A stretch of 64,000 bases of DNA. It comes from an uncultured Actinomycetes bacterium. GTDB taxonomy: Bacteria > Actinomycetota > Thermoleophilia > UBA2241. The translations under genes and the position numbers were made by a program. The DNA is taken from the NCBI GenBank assembly GCA_963755025.1, contig CAVWIH010000034.1:128001-192000 (forward strand). The letters are read 5' to 3'. This document shows positions 18,838 to 30,200 of this stretch, in pieces. How positions within the stretch are numbered: the stretch's first letter is position 1; each line of letters begins with the position of its first letter. Under the pieces are notes generated by a model. The model was not told where the DNA came from, made no database searches, and worked only from the letters and a program-made list of their open reading frames with translations.

Positions 18838-19470
18838 ATGTCAAAGGAACTCACGGAGGCCGTGATCGAGCTGCGCGAGCAGGACGCGCTGCAGATCACA
18901 GACCGGCTGCTGGCGGGCGGTACCGACCCGCTCACCATCGTCAACTCGTGCAAAGAGGCCATGGAGGTCATCGGGCAGCGCTTCGCCTGTGGCGAGGCCT
19001 TCATTCCCGAGCTCATCATGGCCGGCGAGATCATGAAGGGCATCACCGCTAAGGTGAAGCCCCACCTCGCTGCACAGGCCGCCTCTGAGAAGATCGGCAC
19101 CGTGATCGTGTGCACCGTGCAGGGCGACATCCACGACATCGGCAAAGACATCGTGGCGAGCATGCTCGACATCGCCGGCTTCGACGTCGTCGACCTGGGT
19201 GTCGACGTACCGGTGACCGTCGTGGTCGACAAGGTCTGCGAGGTGCACCCCGCGGTGGTCGGTCTGAGCGGCCTGCTCACCATCGCCTTCGAGACCATGA
19301 AGGCCACGGTGGCGGCCATCGACCAGGCCGGCCTGCACCAGGGCCTCAAGATCATGGTCGGCGGCGCGCCTGTCAACGAAGACGTGTGCGCATTTGCCGG
19401 CGCCGACGGCTGGGCCAAAGACGCCGTGGGCGCCGTCGACCTTGCCAAGACGTGGGTGGGAGGTGCCTGA
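18838..19470 (+). CDS. Corrinoid (B12-binding) methyl-carrier protein 1
   Basis: FIPELIMAG cap domain, GDIHDIGKDIV (DxHxxG), DLGVDVP, GLSGLL, IMVGGAP. Confidence 0.92.
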   Translation: MSKELTEAVIELREQDALQITDRLLAGGTDPLTIVNSCKEAMEVIGQRFACGEAFIPELIMAGEIMKGITAKVKPHLAAQAASEKIGTVIVCTVQGDIHDIGKDIVASMLDIAGFDVVDLGVDVPVTVVVDKVCEVHPAVVGLSGLLTIAFETMKATVAAIDQAGLHQGLKIMVGGAPVNEDVCAFAGADGWAKDAVGAVDLAKTWVGGA

Positions 19471-19472
19471 GA

Positions 19473-20816
19473 ATGTTCACTGACGACTGGAACGAGCTCA
19501 CCGCCGATCAGCGGCTCGAGACGCGCCTCGACGCCTGGCAGAACCTGCCGATCGAGTTCGCCTCGCCCGAGGTGGCCAAGGCCTATCACGACCGCGTGCA
19601 GCTTTGGCGCGATGCCATCGCCCTGAAGAAGCCGGCCCGCGTGCCGATCACGCCGTGGCTCGGTCTCTTTCCCATGCGCTACTCGGGTTTCACCGGCCAC
19701 GACGCCTACTACGACTACGACAAGCTGGGTCAGGCGTGGGACAAGTTCCACGCCGACTTCCTGCCCGACGGTTTGGCCATGACGATCGCCATGGTGCCCG
19801 GCAAGGTCTTCGACATCCTCGACTACAAGCTCTACGACTGGCCCGGTCACGGCGTCGGCAACGACGCCAGCTACCAGTACAACGAGCGCGAGTGGATGAA
19901 GGAAGACGAGTACGACCTGCTCATCAACGACCCCTCCAACTACTGGCAGCGCTTCTACGTGCCGCGCATGTTCGGCGCGCTCGATCCCTGGCAGATGCTG
20001 GCGCCCTTCACCGACCTCTGCGAGGCGCCCTTCACGGCGCCCTTCTTCGTGCCCTTCTCGCTGCCCCCGGTCAAGGCCATGCTGCAGAAGATGATGGACG
20101 CCGGCGACGCCGCCATGGCGTGGCTGCAGGCCTTCATGGCGATCGACGGTAAGCAGATGGCGACGCTCGGCATCCCGCAGATGGCGGGCAGCTCGACCAA
20201 GGCGCCCTACGACATCCTGGGTGACACCATGCGCGGCACGCGCGGTCTCATGCTCGACAAGTTCCGCCGGCCCGACAAGGTCAAGGCCGCCATGGAACGC
20301 CTGGCGCCGCTGGCCATCGACTGGGCGCTGCGCTCGGCCGACGCCACCAGGAACCCGCTGGTCTTCATCCCCATCCACAAGGGCGCCGACGGCTTCATGT
20401 CAGACGCCGACTACCGCGAGCTCTACTGGCCCACCTTCAAGACCGTGCTGCTCGGGCTGATCGAGCAGGGCCTGGTGCCGATGGTCTTCGCCGAGGGCGG
20501 CTACAACGAGCGCCTCGAGGTGATCGCCGACCCCGACATTCCCAAGGGCCGCATGGTCTGGATGTTCGACGACACCGACATGGCGCGCGCCAAGCAGATC
20601 GTCGGGGCGCGCCAGGCGATCGGCGGCAACGTGCCGGGCTCGCTGCTCACCATGGGCACGCCCGAGCGCGTCGACGCCTACGTCAAGGACCTCCTCGGCA
20701 AGACGGCCACCGACGGCGGCTTCTTCCTGGGCACCGGCATCGTGTTAGACGAAGCCGACCCGGCCTGCTTCAAGGCCTTCTGCGACGCCGGCCGCACCTA
20801 CGGCGCGACCATCTGA
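19473..20816 (+). CDS. Uroporphyrinogen decarboxylase-family (MtaA/CmuA-like) methyltransferase 1
   Basis: PARVPI, APYDILGDTMRG, FIPIHKGADGFMS, LYWPT, IGGNVP, GGFFLGTG. Confidence 0.8.
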   Translation: MFTDDWNELTADQRLETRLDAWQNLPIEFASPEVAKAYHDRVQLWRDAIALKKPARVPITPWLGLFPMRYSGFTGHDAYYDYDKLGQAWDKFHADFLPDGLAMTIAMVPGKVFDILDYKLYDWPGHGVGNDASYQYNEREWMKEDEYDLLINDPSNYWQRFYVPRMFGALDPWQMLAPFTDLCEAPFTAPFFVPFSLPPVKAMLQKMMDAGDAAMAWLQAFMAIDGKQMATLGIPQMAGSSTKAPYDILGDTMRGTRGLMLDKFRRPDKVKAAMERLAPLAIDWALRSADATRNPLVFIPIHKGADGFMSDADYRELYWPTFKTVLLGLIEQGLVPMVFAEGGYNERLEVIADPDIPKGRMVWMFDDTDMARAKQIVGARQAIGGNVPGSLLTMGTPERVDAYVKDLLGKTATDGGFFLGTGIVLDEADPACFKAFCDAGRTYGATI

Positions 20817-20832
20817 GTAAACACACGGCATG

Positions 20833-20889
20833 AACGCCGGGCGTCCGGCGGCGCGACTCATCGGTCGCGCCGCCGGCGCCGCCGGCGTT
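20833..20889 (+). terminator. GC-rich hairpin between the two corrinoid/UroD modules
   Basis: CCGGCGGCGCGAC-TCATCG-GTCGCGCCGCCGG with outer AACGCCGG/CCGGCGTT. Confidence 0.55.
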
Positions 20890-20927
20890 GACCAGTTCCA
20901 TCCTTTCATCGCCAGCAGGGAGGACTG

Positions 20928-21566
20928 ATGTCGAACGAACTGACCGACGCCATCGTCGGCATGCGCGAAGACGAGGCTCTGGCCATGGTCGCGCGCGACC
21001 TCGACGCCGGCGTCGCGCTCATTGTGGTGCTCGATCAGGCCAAAGAGGCCATGACCGAGTTGGGCCGGCGCTTCGAGTGCGGCGACGCCTTCATTCCCGA
21101 GCTCATCATGGGCGGTGAGATCATGAAGGGCATCAGCGCGCTCGTGAAGCCGCACTTGAAGAGCGCCGACGGCGAGGGTGCGCGGCGCGGCGTGGTGGTG
21201 ATCGGCACGGTGTCCGGCGACATCCACGACATCGGCAAAGACGTCGTGGTGCTCATGCTCGACGTGAACGGCTACGAGGTCCACGACCTCGGTGTCGACG
21301 TGCCGGCGGCCCGTTTTGTCGAGGCCATCGGCGAGTTCTCCCCGCAGGTGGTCGGCCTGTCGGGCCTGCTCACCCTGGCCTTCGATTCGATGAAGGCCAC
21401 GGTCGACGCCATCGCCGCCGCCGGCCTGCGCGACCGCGTGAAGATCATGGTGGGCGGCGCGCCCGCCGACCAGCAGGTGCAGGACTATACCGGCGCCGAC
21501 GGCTGGGGCAGCGACGTCTCGGCCGCCCTCAACTTGAGCGCGCGGTGGACGGGGGAGCGGTCATGA
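20928..21566 (+). CDS. Corrinoid (B12-binding) methyl-carrier protein 2
   Basis: GDIHDIGKDVV, DLGVDVP, GLSGLL, IMVGGAP; clear paralog of 18838-19470. Confidence 0.92.
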   Translation: MSNELTDAIVGMREDEALAMVARDLDAGVALIVVLDQAKEAMTELGRRFECGDAFIPELIMGGEIMKGISALVKPHLKSADGEGARRGVVVIGTVSGDIHDIGKDVVVLMLDVNGYEVHDLGVDVPAARFVEAIGEFSPQVVGLSGLLTLAFDSMKATVDAIAAAGLRDRVKIMVGGAPADQQVQDYTGADGWGSDVSAALNLSARWTGERS

Positions 21567-22823
21567 CGACTCTCACAGGCGAGGAGCTCTATCAGCAGCG
21601 CGAGCAGCGCTTCAACGACATCGTCGCCCTCAAGAAGCCCGACCACGTGCCGGTGATCGGCCACACCATCCACTACTTCGCCGACCTCTGGAAGGGCTAC
21701 TCGCACAAAGAGGCGGGCTTCAACCACCCGCAGCACTACGCCGCCATCAGAGACGCGACCGTCGAGTTCGGCTGGGAGTTCGTGCCGACCAACGCCCTGT
21801 TCGCCGCCGACGGCTACGAAGCCCTCGGCATCAAGCAGCTGCGCTGGCCGGGCGGCGACCTGCCCGACGACGTCGGCTTTCAGTTCGTCGAGGGCGAGTA
21901 CATGGCCGCCGACGAATACGACGAGTTCCTGGCCGACCCCAACGGCTTCACCCTGCGCAAGATCTTCCCGCGCATCGCGAGCAACCTGGCCGGCTTCGAG
22001 CAGGTGCCCGTGCCGCCGCTCTACTTCATGTCGAACACTTACTACCTGCTGAACGTGGGCGGGCCGCTGCTTGGGGCGCCGCCCCTGCGCAAGGCCCTCG
22101 AGAGCCTGCTCGCCATGTCCGACGCCGTGGGCGGCTACTTCGCGGCCGACGCCGTGAACGCGCAGGAGATGGCCGCCCTGGGCTGCCCGCGCACCTGGGG
22201 GGCGCCCGTCATCCCGGCCTTCGACATGGTCTCCGACATGTTCCGCTCGCTGCGCGGCAGCACGCTCGACATGTACCGCCACCCGGAGCAACTGCTGGCC
22301 ACGATCGACCTCATGCAGCAGGCGCAGGTCGCCCTGGCCCTCGATGATCATCCAGGTCACCGGCAATCCCCGGGTGTTCATTCCCATGCACCGCGGCGCC
22401 GGTGGCTTCATGAGCGAGGAGCAGTTCGAGAAGTTCTACTGGCCGTCGTTCAAGGCCCTCGTGCTGGCCATCATCGAGGCCGGCGGCGTGCCGCTGCCGC
22501 TCTTCGAGGGCGACTACACGCCGCGCCTCAAGTACCTGGCCGAGCTACCGGCCGGCAAGGTGGCCGGCCACTTCGACAAGGTCGACCGCGTCAAGTTCAA
22601 GGAGATCCTGGGCGACAAGATGTGCTTCTGGGGCAACGTGCCCGTCTCGCTGCTGTGCACCGGCACGCCGCGGCAGGTCAAAGACGACGTCAGGGAGCTC
22701 GTCGAGCTGTTCGGCGACACCGGCACGCTCATTCTCGACTCGGGGCTCGGCATTCCCGACGAGGCCCGCCCCGAGAACCTCTACGCGCTGCGCGAAGCGG
22801 CCGAGGAGTACGGCGTGTTCTAA
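21563..22823 (+). CDS. UroD-family methyltransferase 2, frameshift near 22344
   Basis: KPDHVPV, EYMAADEYD, PAFDMVSDMFRSLRG; second frame FIPMHRGAGGFMS...FYWPS...FWGNVP. Confidence 0.8.
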
Positions 22824-22826
22824 GGC

Positions 22827-23715
22827 TCAGGCGCCCGCCGCTTGCCAAGTAGCGATGTACTCCACGCGTGCGCCCGGTGCGGCCGCGTCGGCGCCGACCG
22901 ACGCGGCCGGGGGGCCGTCGAACACCCAGTCGCCGGTGAGGCCAAGCTCCCGGGCCACCAGCTCGAAGTGGCACAGGGCGATGCCCAGGTCGACGCGCTG
23001 CAGGTCGGCCAGGCGCAGCACGGCAAAGAGAGCGCTGCCCTTGCCGTAGCCTTTGGTGCGCTGCAGGTAGAAGTGCCAGTCGGCGCCGCGGCGCACCACG
23101 CGCCAGGGTTGCTTGTTCGAGGCCGAGGGCGCCATGCGCACCGCTTCGAGCGCCGCGGCGAACGGGTCGTGGGGCGCGAGCGCGAGCGGCGCGCCAAAGC
23201 GCTCGTCGAAGAACAGGGAAGAGGCGGGCAGCCTGCGGCTACCCGCCTCGCGCTCACGGATGCGCGCCGCGCCGTCGTCGGCCGGGTAGCCCAGCGAGAT
23301 CACGGCCGGCATGGTCTCGTCGTGGGCGAGGCCGCCCAGACGGGCCGCGAACCTGCCCTTGGTGAAGGTGCCGCCCAGCCAGCAGGTGCCCAAGCCGAGG
23401 CCGGTCGCCTGCAGGATGGCCCGCTCGACCAGGTAGCCGTAGTCCTCGGCGTCGTGGGGTGAGCGGCGCACGGCGCCCACCAGAAAGCCGGTCGCGCCCT
23501 TGATGAAGCCGTAGGTGCCCAGGCGCTTCAGGGCCTCGCGGTCGCCGGGCGCAGCGGCCACCAGGGCGAGGCGCACAGGCGAGCCGAACGGGCCGAGCGT
23601 GTGCGCGGCGAGCCACGTCGGCGAGCTCGCCACGCGTGTCGGCCGCGACGGGCTCGTCGCGGTAGGTGCGGCACGAGTAGCGCGCGTTGATCAGGTCGGT
23701 GGCCGAACGTTCCAT
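22827..23715 (-). CDS. Nitroreductase family protein, frameshift near 23635
   Basis: RYSCRTY start; LGLGTCWLGG; MAPSASNKQPWR; DLGIALCHFEL. Confidence 0.82.
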
Positions 23716-23880
23716 GGCGCTAGTGAATCGCGCCGGCGCGCCGGAGTCCAGCGCGAGCCATTGCGACGCGCTTCGCCCGCGCCGCGTCGTCGCCCGCCGT
23801 CGCCCGCGCCGCGCCGCCGCCGTCGCCGGCGGCGCCCGTCGCGCCGCCCGCGGCGGCCACCGCGGCTCGCTGCGATCGGC

Positions 23881-25218
23881 CTACGGCGTCATCCACACGG
23901 GAAAGAGCCCGCGCCCCAGCACGCGCGCACTCGACGGCCGTACCGGGTCGACGAGCACGATGCGCGCCTTCTTGATGTCCAACGGCTTGTCGGACATCGC
24001 CGGCGAAGCGAGCGACATGGTCAGCAGGCGACCGGTCGGCGTCCAGACGAGCCCCTCGAGGCACTGCATAGAGCCGCCCGACGGCGAGAGCAGCGACGTG
24101 AGCAGGCGGTAGCGCCTGCGCAGCGCCGCGTCGTAGACGAAGACGGCGCTCGTGCTGGAGACCGGCGTCGACGAAGCGGCGCCGAAGGCGACCCGAGCGC
24201 TGCGCGGGTCCCACTCCGGCGCTTGCCGTTGGGCGATGCTTTGGCCGGTCGCGCCTGAGAGTTGGAAATCGGTTCCGCTGACTACCGTGAGGCGCTTGCC
24301 CGGCACGGTCGCGACGGTCCAGGAGGCGCCTACGTCGGAGCCCGTGGCGATGTAGGCCAGGTAGCGGCCGTCGGACGAGAGGCGGGGACATGCCCAGGCG
24401 TCCCAGACGTCGGGCCCGTGAGGGATCGCGGACCTGAGAGCGACCGGGGCGGCGTACGGCGAGCGCTGTAGCACGAGCTGTTCGGTCAGCGTGCCGTCGC
24501 TCTCGGAGTACGTGCCCGCGAAGCGGTCGAACACGAGCTGGCCATGGGGCGCGGGCTCGACGCTCGCGCCGCGCACGCCGAGCGCCGCCACGACGCCGCT
24601 GTCGACATCGAGCCGGTAGAGCTGGTAGTTCCACTGTTCGTAGGGAGCGGCGACCGCCGCGGCTGCCACCACGATGGTCGTCGGCGACGTCCAGGCAAGC
24701 GACTGGATGTCGTGCAGGCCATAGCCCAGCGGGCGCCGCACGAGGCTGCGATCACTGAGCCGGAAGATGTCGAGCTCGGCGCCTTGATCGCCCTTGGACA
24801 CGACCAGCGCGACGCGGCGGCGGTCGGGCGACAGCTCGGCGGCGCTCACCGCCGACGGCAGACCGGCGAGCCGGGTCCACGAGCCGCTGCCCGGTGCGAA
24901 CCGCCACAGTGACTGGCCGTGGGCGGTAGCGCGCACGCAGACCAGGACGGCGCCCTTTCCGACGAGGCGCTGCAGCGCGGCGCCCGAGGGCAGCGATACG
25001 GCCGCCGGTACGACCGACGCCGTGGCGGACGGTGCGATGGACGGTGCGATGGATGGCGCGGCCGACGGCGGCGACGCGCTCGATGAGGCCGCTGGAGCAG
25101 ACGACGTTGCTTGCGCCTGGCCCGACGCTGTCGCCTGGCCGCAGGCGGCGGCGACCAGGACAAGTACGACCGGCGCCAAGACGGCGACGGCGAGCTTGAG
25201 CAGGCGTGCTGTCGGCAT
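23881..25218 (-). CDS. Putative lipoprotein with TolB-like beta-propeller repeats
   Basis: Signal/lipobox ...LVLVAAAC, Ser/Ala/Pro linker, LSPDRRRVA, LSSDGRYLAY and PEWDP repeats. Confidence 0.65.
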   Translation of the reverse strand: MPTARLLKLAVAVLAPVVLVLVAAACGQATASGQAQATSSAPAASSSASPPSAAPSIAPSIAPSATASVVPAAVSLPSGAALQRLVGKGAVLVCVRATAHGQSLWRFAPGSGSWTRLAGLPSAVSAAELSPDRRRVALVVSKGDQGAELDIFRLSDRSLVRRPLGYGLHDIQSLAWTSPTTIVVAAAAVAAPYEQWNYQLYRLDVDSGVVAALGVRGASVEPAPHGQLVFDRFAGTYSESDGTLTEQLVLQRSPYAAPVALRSAIPHGPDVWDAWACPRLSSDGRYLAYIATGSDVGASWTVATVPGKRLTVVSGTDFQLSGATGQSIAQRQAPEWDPRSARVAFGAASSTPVSSTSAVFVYDAALRRRYRLLTSLLSPSGGSMQCLEGLVWTPTGRLLTMSLASPAMSDKPLDIKKARIVLVDPVRPSSARVLGRGLFPVWMTP

Positions 25219-25451
25219 GAGGACCCCCCGGTCGGACCCGTCGGTCGACACAGCATCGCGCACTGACAAAACCTCGCGCAGACGACCTTGTGCTATCGAT
25301 AGTATGGGCCGTTGCGCAGGGGCAGTCCAGAGTCTCAGGTCCCGCCGCTGCGACCGGACGTCGACGGCGTCGAGTCGGCCGCGATCCGGGCGCCGGCGGC
25401 GCGGACGCCGGCGCGAAGACGGATCAGGCGCCGCCGCTGACCTGCGGCGCC

Positions 25452-26234
25452 TTACTGGGGCACGAACCGCGCGACCCCGGGTTCGCTGAGCGGTTCCCAG
25501 ACGCCGCGCACGCCGCGGTGCGCGGCGCCGAGCTCGACGTGCAGCTCGGCGATGCCGAAGTCGAGGGGCGCCGTCCAGTAGAGCTTGGCGGCGCGGCTGA
25601 GCACGAGGCCGTCGTCGTTGTAGCGAAAGCGCCAGGGCTGGCGATTCACGCCCGAGGGCGCCAGGCGCGCCGCCTCGACCGCGGCCCGCGCCCACGACGG
25701 CCAAGCCGGCGCGCCCGGCGCGCCGTCGATGCCGGGGGCGATCTTGTCGAGCGGCAGCCGGGCCGAGGCCCCCACGACGCGCCGCATCAGCCGTTCGCCC
25801 GCGGGCAGGCGCTTGAGCGGGTTGCCGACGGGCGTGAGCGCCATGACACGCTCGCCCGGTACAAGCTCGACCAGGCCGTCGGCGCGCTCCTTGTCGAAGC
25901 TGCCGGCTATCCAGCAGGTGCCAAGTCCCAGCGACGTCGCCTCGAGCACGAGGGCCTCGCCCAGGTAGCCGACCTCGGCCTCGGCGCCGGCGCGGCCCAC
26001 GAAGGCGACGGCCAGCGGCGCCCCGCTCACGGCCCCATAGTTGCCCAGCACGCCGGTGAACAGGCGGTCGACCTCGCTGTCGACCACCACCAGGCGGGCG
26101 CTGGGCGACGGCTGCACGGCGGCGCAGAAGGCGCGCAGATGCGCCGCGGCGTCGGCGGCCAGCGGCGTCGCCGGGTAGCGGCGCTGCGAGCTGCGTACGG
26201 CGATGGCGTCGTACCAGGTTGCGGAAAGCTCCAT
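25452..26234 (-). CDS. Nitroreductase family protein
   Basis: RSSQRRY, LGLGTCWIAG, LAPSGVNRQPWRF, DFGIAELH. Confidence 0.85.
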   Translation of the reverse strand: MELSATWYDAIAVRSSQRRYPATPLAADAAAHLRAFCAAVQPSPSARLVVVDSEVDRLFTGVLGNYGAVSGAPLAVAFVGRAGAEAEVGYLGEALVLEATSLGLGTCWIAGSFDKERADGLVELVPGERVMALTPVGNPLKRLPAGERLMRRVVGASARLPLDKIAPGIDGAPGAPAWPSWARAAVEAARLAPSGVNRQPWRFRYNDDGLVLSRAAKLYWTAPLDFGIAELHVELGAAHRGVRGVWEPLSEPGVARFVPQ

Positions 26235-26408
26235 GGGGGCCATGATAACCGCAGCCGGGGAGACGCCGTTAGCGACGGTCTCAGCCCTCGGGGAGCGCGG
26301 CGGAAACGTGCCGGCGCGGCCCCGAACAAGAACTTTTGTCCACGCCTCCGTTCGTGGAACACAAGAGGTGAAAGACGGTTCACCGCAAAGTAGGAAGGCG
26401 GTCGATTC

Positions 26409-26762
26409 ATGAGTGACGCACACGCCGCTGCAGAAGAGCGCTACGAGAGCCTGTGCCGGTCGTTTCTCGATCAGCCGGGCGTGACCCGCGAGTCAAAGGA
26501 CAGCCCGCAGCGCACGGGCTTCGGCTCGTCGGCGCTCAAGGTCGACGACAAGATCTTCGCCATGCTCGTGAAGGGCTGGCTTGTCGTGAAGCTGCCGCAG
26601 CACCGCGTGGACGCACTCGTGACGATCGGCGACGGCGAGCGCTACGACCCGGGCGGCGGCCGCCTCATGAGGGAGTGGGTGACGGTGGGCCCGCAAGCCG
26701 AGGCGCAGTGGACCGACCTGGCCCGCGAGGCCCACGACTTCGTGTCGCAGCGAGCGGCCTGA
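26409..26762 (+). CDS. TfoX-N/YjbR-like hypothetical protein
   Basis: GFGSSALKVDDKIFAML...GRLMREWV; AGGAAGG RBS. Confidence 0.7.
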   Translation: MSDAHAAAEERYESLCRSFLDQPGVTRESKDSPQRTGFGSSALKVDDKIFAMLVKGWLVVKLPQHRVDALVTIGDGERYDPGGGRLMREWVTVGPQAEAQWTDLAREAHDFVSQRAA

Positions 26763-26808
26763 GGGCGCCGCCGGCTCGCCACGGCAGTCACGAGGGGAAC
26801 GGTGGCGC

Positions 26809-27204
26809 ATGGAACTGACGACGGTCGAGAGCCCCTACACCGTGAGCGACACGACCGCGCGCCTGATGGCCGCCGTCTTTCGGCGCGGCATCACGGTCTT
26901 CGCCCGCATCAACCACGCCGCCAACGCGCGCGCCGTCGGCCTGCGCATGGCCGACGAGGAGGTGCTGATCTTCGGCGACCCGCGCGCCGGCACGGTGCTC
27001 ATGCAGGCCGACCCGCGGGTGGGGTTCGAGCTGCCGCTGCGCGTGGTGGTGTGGAGCCAGGGCGGCGTCACGCGTATCGGCTACCAAGCGCCCGAGAGCC
27101 TCGCCGGGAGCTACGAACTGGCCGACCGCACCGAGGTCCTGCGTCGCATGGCCGCCCTGCTCGCCGACCTGACTTCAGAGGCGACCATGCGCGGCGCGGC
27201 GTAG
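26809..27204 (+). CDS. DUF302 domain protein
   Basis: ITVFARINH, LIFGDPRAGT, LPLRVVVW. Confidence 0.85.
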   Translation: MELTTVESPYTVSDTTARLMAAVFRRGITVFARINHAANARAVGLRMADEEVLIFGDPRAGTVLMQADPRVGFELPLRVVVWSQGGVTRIGYQAPESLAGSYELADRTEVLRRMAALLADLTSEATMRGAA

Positions 27205-27232
27205 CCGCGCCGCGCAGGCGCCCGCGGCTCCC

Positions 27233-30200
27233 CTACTTCACGGTCAGCCGGTTGCTCGCCGCCCTGGTCTGCACGTTGCCGGCGGCGTCGGTGGCGTACA
27301 CCCAGAAGCGGTAGGCGCCGCGTGCCAGCTCGCAGCGGAAGCTGCAGATGAGGTTCTTGTTGACGCTCCGCGAGCCCCTGGTGGTCGCCCAGACCTGGCG
27401 CCCGCGGGCGTTCACGATCACGATCTTCACCGTCGCCGTCGGGCTGCCGGGGGTCGGGTCGGCGATCTCGTACCTGAGACCGCAGTAACCGCCCCGCCTC
27501 ACGGTGGCGGCGTACCGCGCCTTGGGCGTCGGCCGGCGCGTGTCGAGCTTGACCACGAACGAGCCGACGGTGGCGTTGCCGAACACGTCGCGCGAGCGCA
27601 CGCCGTAGGTCGAGACGCCCTGGCTGGTCACTTTGATGGGGGCTCCATAGGCGCGCCACAGGGCGTTCGCTGCCACGCGATACTCGGTGGCGCTCACCGA
27701 CGTGTCGTCGTGAGCGCTCAGCGTCACGCTCGGCGCCACGTGCACCCAGCCCGTCGGCACACCGCTCGTCCCCAGCGTCGGGTCCGAGGTGTCGCGCACC
27801 GTGAGCGTCACGGTGGTGGCGCCCGATAGCCAGCCGCTCAGGCCCAGGGCCTGATAGGTGAACTGGTCGGTGCCCACAAAGCCGGGGGTCGGCGCATAGG
27901 TGAAGGAGCCGTCGGCGTTGACGACGACGACGCCGTGGGCGGGTTGTGTGTTCGACCCGACGGTCAGCGCGCCGCCTTCGGGCGAACAGTCGTTGATCAG
28001 CAGGCCGCGCGAGGCGTCGACCACGAGCGGCACGTCGCGGTCGGTGACGTACGGCGAGTAGATCTCGACTCGCCCCGCGACACCGTTTGAGCGCAGCTCG
28101 CCTGGCGCCCCGACGAACAAGTCGCGCCCGGCGAGGGCCACGGCGTCGCCGTAGTAGGAGGCGGGCGTCGCGGCGGCGGGCTCCATGTCTGTGTCCTGGT
28201 ACCACACGCCGTCTTCAAGGCGGAACAGATAGGCGGACCCGCTTCGCGTGCCGGTCACCGTGATGCCCCTGTCGGGGGCGCCGACCAGCGCCTCGTCGCC
28301 CTGCAGGGCGAGCGACGCGCCGAACTGGTCGTCGGGCTGCCCGTCGGCCGCGGCGAGCCTGGCCGTTTGCGACCAGCCCGACGACGACTTCTGGAAGACG
28401 AAGGCCGCGCCCGTGTCGCCGAACTGACCCGGGTCGCCGACCAGCGCCGTGTCGCCCTGCAGGGCCAGCGCCGCGCCGTAGAGGGTCGTCGGGCCCGGAT
28501 CGCCGGCGACGAGCTGGCCGGTCTGCTGCCAGGTCGTGCCGGACCGCTCGAAGACGGCCACCGAGCCGTCCGTGCCGTCCGTGCCGCCGCGGCTCACCAG
28601 GGCGCGATCGCCGTCGAGCGCGACGTGCAGGCCGAAGGCGGCCCCGCTGCCCGTTCCCGGCGTGATCTTGGCCTGCTGCGACCAGGAGCCGTCGGCCTGG
28701 TGTACGAACACGTAGGCGGCGCCGGCTCTGGAGGACGTGTCTGAGTAGGCGTACGGTGCGCCGACGAGAAGGGTGTCGCCGCTGAGGGCGACGCTGTCGC
28801 CGAAGCCGCCGCCGTGGTCGCCGTCGTCGGGCCCAAGGTTGGCCTCGAGCGTCCAGACGCCGGCGATGCGCCGATAGACGTAGGCTCTACCCACGCCCGG
28901 GTCGTCGGCGGCGAGGCCACCCGCGACCGTGGCCACGGCGACGTCGCCGTCGACCGCGACCGCGTCGCCGGGCACGTCGAGCAGCTGGAGCTGCGCCCAG
29001 CCGGCGTCGCCGAGGCCGTAGACATAGGTGCCGCTCTGCGAGCCGGCGCCGTGGCCGCCGATCAGCGTGGTCGCGCCGTCGCTGGCGATGGCGGCCGCCT
29101 TGATGCCGAGGTGCACCGAGGGCACGGTCGTCGAGCCGTCGGGCAGGGCGCCCGTGTCGGGCGCCACGCCACGCACCGGCGTGACGTAGATGGTGGGCGT
29201 CGACTTGGAGGCGGCCGCGGTCAGCACGATCTTCGTCGCCTTGGCGAGCGTCGCCGCGTTGTCGAAGAACACGGGGAAGTAGGTGTCGCCGGGGTCGTTC
29301 ACACCCAGGTAGTAGGTGCCGTAGTCGAGGTACTTGAACAGATAGCCGTAGCTGACGGAGCCGCCCTCGTCGTTCAGGCCGTCGGAGGTGGCGAGCGGCT
29401 CGCCCCACGAGTCGTACAGGGTCACATCGACGTCACTCAGCTGGCCGTAGGGCTCGAGCGAGCTGTCGACCTGCGCGAGGATGCCGCCCCACGGCACGAG
29501 CTGCACGTTCGCGGTGACGGTGGCCGTGTCGATGCCGTCGAGGTGGATCGGCGTCGCCGCATCGAGCGTGGCGGCGCCGCCGGAGAACTGATCGTGGTAC
29601 ACGGGCAGCGCGTTGGGGTCGACGGTGCTTTGGTCGTGGTAGCCGATGCGGTAGTCGCCCGGCTGCAGGTCGGTGAACAAGTAGGCGCCGTTGCTCGGCG
29701 TGGTCTGCGTCGAGACGACGTTGTCGCCCTGGTCGTAGAGCGTCACGGCGATCTCTTTGACCGGCCCGTTCGCGTCGGTGACGACGCCGCCCACGCGGCA
29801 GCGTTTGTAGAGGCTCGAGTCGAGCGTCAGGGTCTGACCCGGGGCGAGGGGCACCCTGGTGGCGTCGGTCGCCGTGAACTTGCCGTTGTAGTACTGGGGC
29901 AGGTACGTGCCGAAGTAGTCAGTGGCGTCGAACTCGACCAGAAAGCTCGTGGCGCGCGACACGTGCAGCCCCGGAAAGTCGTAGTCGCCGCTCGCATCGC
30001 TCACCGTCTGGACGCCGTAGTTGGTAGAGGTGACGCAGCTGAGCCAGACGGGGATGCCGCCCACCGGATCGCCCTTGGCGTCGAGCGTGCGCCCTTTGAT
30101 CTCGCCGGGCGACTGGTTGTACAGGTGGGTCTCGCAGTAGTAAAGCCCGCCCAGCGTGGGCGTGACGGTCACCGCCTGAGCGAACGTGGGCGCGCCCGTC

